A stretch of 64,000 nucleotides of DNA from Scyliorhinus canicula. Its lineage: Eukaryota. Position 1 is the stretch's first letter. Each line of letters opens with the position of its first letter. Positions 61,090 to 64,000 of the stretch are shown here, in pieces. The notes beneath the pieces were generated by a model. The model searched no databases, was not told where the DNA came from, and worked only from the letters and a program-made list of their open reading frames with translations. The DNA lies in assembly GCF_902713615.1 (NCBI RefSeq), contig NC_052153.1, positions 191,255,394 to 191,319,393 of the forward strand. Direction: 5' to 3'. Both the position numbers and the translations under genes were made by a program.

Positions 61090-61200
61090 CCACCCGTATC
61101 CATGACAACGTACCCACTGAGTCATTTACATCACCAGCTGTGGAAAGGACAAGCAACCGAATGATCATTGTCCGGGTGTGAACATTAATTCAATTCAGTT
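61090..61200 (-). pseudogene. Degenerate paralog of the receptor leader/V-exon start, or a leader exon/24-nt microexon (61114-61137)
   Basis: atgatcattcggttgcttgtcctttccacagctggtgatgtaaatgactcagtg aligns without gaps over 54 nt to ctgatcattctgttgtttgtcctttcctcagctgccggtggaaatgacttagtg at 55582-55529. Followed by a phase-1 donor G|gtacgt. Confidence 0.6.
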
Positions 61201-61958
61201 CAGAGCTCTCCCTTTGCTCCAGTTACTGGGCGCTAGTAGGAACTGGCATTGCACAATGTAGATTCAGCCATTAAATACCCCAGGGTGTGAGGGGAATGGT
61301 ACAGAACAGATTGAAACATGGCTACAAAACAGGAAACAGAGGGGAGGAGATAAGGAAAGAGAAAATGCTGGAAAATCTCAGCAGGTCTGGCAGCATCAGT
61401 GGTTAGCACTGTTGCTTCACAGCGCCAGGATCCCAGGTTCGATTCCCGGTTTGGGTCACTGTCTATGCGGAGTCTGCACCTTCTCCCCGTGTCTGCGTGG
61501 GCTTCCTCCGGGTGCTCCGGTTTCCTCCCACAAGTCCCGAAAGACGTGCTGTTAGGTAATTTGGGCATTCAGAATTCCCCCTCCGTGTACCCGAACAGGC
61601 GCCGGAGTGTGGCGACTAGGGGATTTTCACAGTAACTTCATTGCAGTGTTAATGTAAGCCCACTTGTGACAATGAAGATTATTATTAGAATGAGGCTTGT
61701 GAGCTACAAGCACAAATTGATTTGTGGGAATATGAGGTCGTGGGAATATCAGAAAAGTGGCAAAACATGGTGAGGTCCAGGTGCTGGATACGCAAGGGCA
61801 TAAAGTTCAGAAAAGATGGGGAAGGCAAAATGAGAGGTGAGGTGTTTGAACTAATTAGGGAAAACAGTTTAACGTTGGAAAGGGAGATTATCCCTTTTGC
61901 CTAAAGTGAAATACTTAACATTCTTAATCACCGGGGATATTCTGTCAGTCTCCAAATA

Positions 61959-62100
61959 TGACCAGGTTAAAGTCCCACAGGTTTGTTTCAAATCACTAGC
62001 TTTCAGCAGTTCCTTTACCTGAGGAAGGAGCAGTGCTCAGAAATCTAGTGATTCGAAACAAGCCTGTTGGACTTTAACCTGGTGTTGTAAGACTTCTTAC
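61959..62100. mobile_element. Short palindromic Penelope-like retro-element, copy 4 (truncated, degenerate core)
   Basis: 13-bp TSD CAGTCTCCAAATA at 61946-61958 and 62101-62113. Confidence 0.8.
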
Positions 62101-62428
62101 CAGTCTCCAAATAGTAAGAGATAGGGGAGGAAATCTGCAGTAAAATCGTGGCCACGTGGCCATTGTGACATTGGGCACTTTAATTACAGAAATATAGATT
62201 GGACTATTCGAGTAAAGGGTAGAGGAAGTAAATGAATTTCTAGAATTTGTTCCGGGAACTCCCTTGATTAACATGCTGTCGGTTCGAATAGAAAGAACGC
62301 ATTGCTCCATCTGGTGCTGGGAGATGAAATGGCGCAAGGCTCGTCGGGGGGAATACTTGGGTCAGAGTGATAATCGCATCATGAGGTGTAGATATTCATG
62401 GAGAAGGGAAAGGAACAATCAATAGTAA

Positions 62429-63039
62429 GGGTCTGGATTCTCCGCACCCAGACGCCGAAATCGCGGCTGGCTCCGGGGCGGAGAATCCAGTTTCCCGCAT
62501 GAAATTGGGACCTGTTCTCCGATTCCCCTGGCCCGGCCCCGCGCCACAGATCACCTACCTGCGGCCATTGCTGGAGGCCCACCCCACCACTCTGCCGACA
62601 ACGTGGATCTAACATGGTCCTGCTGGTCAGGATACTAGTGTGGTGGCTGCGGACTCAGTCCGCGGCCGCCCTGGTCGTGGGCGGGCCAATCGGAGGGCAG
62701 GGGGCCTGATATGCGGCCGGGCAATTTATGGGCGGGCGGTCAGGATCGGGCACGCGGCCAATTGGGGGCACTATGTTTAGGGTCCAGCTCCGTGGTCTGA
62801 GTCCGCCTTGGAGCACAGCGCGGCTGCTGGAAGCTGCCGCTGTGCGTATGAGCGGCCTCCCACCGGGACGTCTGGGGGCCCGTATCTGCAGCAAAAGCTG
62901 CTAGATCTACGCCGGGTCCCTGCTCGAACCCTGCAGGGCGAGGCATATGTGCCCCTTTCACACCAGTTTTTCTGGAGTGAAACTCCACAGTTCATAGGAT
63001 GGCGTGGGGACATAGTCCCAAAAACAGAGAATCCAACCC
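62429..63039. mobile_element. GC-rich non-autonomous TIR element (Harbinger-like). Related copy in opposite orientation at about 14198-14730; degenerate relatives at about 48454-49056 and 53882-54005
   Basis: Ends gggtctggattctc / gagaatccaaccc. The 14206 sequence attctccgattctgcggctatgtcc matches the reverse complement of the 63010-63032 end. Confidence 0.6.
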
Positions 63040-64000
63040 AAGATCTTTGATTTTCCATTTTTACACAGGACATTGAGATCACTGGCAAGGCCAGCATTTA
63101 TTGCCCATCCCTAATTGCTTCAGAAGGTGGTGGTGAGCCACCTTGCACCACATCAGTTCTTCTGGTGTAGGGACACCCACTGTGCTGTTGCAGGATTTCA
63201 CCCAGTGACAGTGAAGGAACGGCCGATATATTTCCAAGTCAGGGCGGTGAATGACCTGGAGGGGAACCTCCAGGTGGTGGAGTTCCAGGTATCTGCTGCT
63301 CTTGGCTTTTTAAATGGTGGTAGTGGTGGGTTTGGAAGGTGCTGACTAATGAAGTGCTCCTGTGAATTTTGGAGACAGTACACTCGACTGTCACTGTGCT
63401 CAGATGATGGGGGGAGTGGATGTTTCAGCCGGTGAATGGGGTGTCAATCAAGCAGGGCTGCTTTGTCCTAGGTGGTGTTGAGCTTCTGAAGTGTTGGAGC
63501 TGCACTCATCCAGGCAAGTGGAGAGTATTCCATTACACTCCTGACTTGTTCCATAGTCGAAAAGATAGACAGATTTTGGGGAGCCAAGAGGTGAGTTACT
63601 CTCCACAGAACTTCACAGCATTTATATGGGTGGTCATGTTCATTATCTGGTCAATGGTAACCTTGAGCATATTAATATTGGAGAATTCAGTGAAGGTAAC
63701 GACATTGAGTGTCGAGGAGGATGGTTGGATTGTCTCTTGTTTAAGATGGTCATTGCCTGGCACTTGTGTGGTGTGAATGTTACTTGCCACTTATCAGCCC
63801 AAGCCTGGATATTTTCCAGGTCTTGCTGCATTTGGACATTGTGGTAGTCACCACGAGCAGTATTATATGTATTACGGTAAGACACGTATACTAGAGGTAC
63901 ACAGGTAAATCCCTGCCTGCTGGCTCCGCCCAGTAGGCGGAGTATAAATGTGTGTGCTCGCCGGTGCTGCAGCTATTCTGGTTCCAGCTACAGGAGGCAC

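Larger units (their letters stand above)
643..61690. mobile_element. About 30 dispersed copies of tRNA-derived V-SINE/HE1-type SINEs with at least four alternative 3' tails
   Basis: Box A tggttagc, box B ggttcgattcc, shared core gtgggtttcctccgggtgctccggtttcctccc. Examples: 916-1243(-), 2508-2855(+), 10396-10740(-), 23275-23553(+), 27467-27790(+), 39135-39472(-), 41800-42130(-), 46480-46815(-), 47170-47478(-), 55860-56155(-), 61398-61690(+). Confidence 0.9.

Noticed and set aside
1040-61635. Many 60-110 aa ORFs with recurring text such as LGHCLCGVCTSSPCVRGFPPGAPVSSHSPK
   Set aside because: They are translations of the same SINE core, not a gene family.

Overview
Vertebrate genomic DNA, almost certainly from a cartilaginous fish (inferred from its tRNA-derived V-SINE/HE1-type SINEs, CR1/HER1-type LINEs and LF-SINE/DeuSINE-like elements). 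Two host genes can be read. (1) The last seven coding exons of SLC5A6 (sodium-dependent multivitamin transporter), + strand, 2908-26459, ending in the human-like C-terminus LQETSL*. (2) A convergent, - strand, single-Ig-domain immune-receptor-like gene, 48170-55624: a Siglec-15/PILR-like V-set exon, a transmembrane exon with an intramembrane Lys and a short tail with a YIN motif. It has no C2-set exon, and the canonical sialic-acid-binding Arg is replaced by Leu. Most of the rest is repeats: about 30 SINE copies, CR1, Rex1, L1, L2 and Penelope fragments, solo LTRs, Harbinger-like TIR elements and several large minisatellites (one of 5.5 kb). The most unusual non-genic signal is four copies of a short palindromic retro-element with 9-13 bp target-site duplications whose arms carry hammerhead-ribozyme cores. 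All very long ORFs in the supplied track are repeat artefacts. All calls were made by eye; repeat boundaries are approximate unless TSDs are given.
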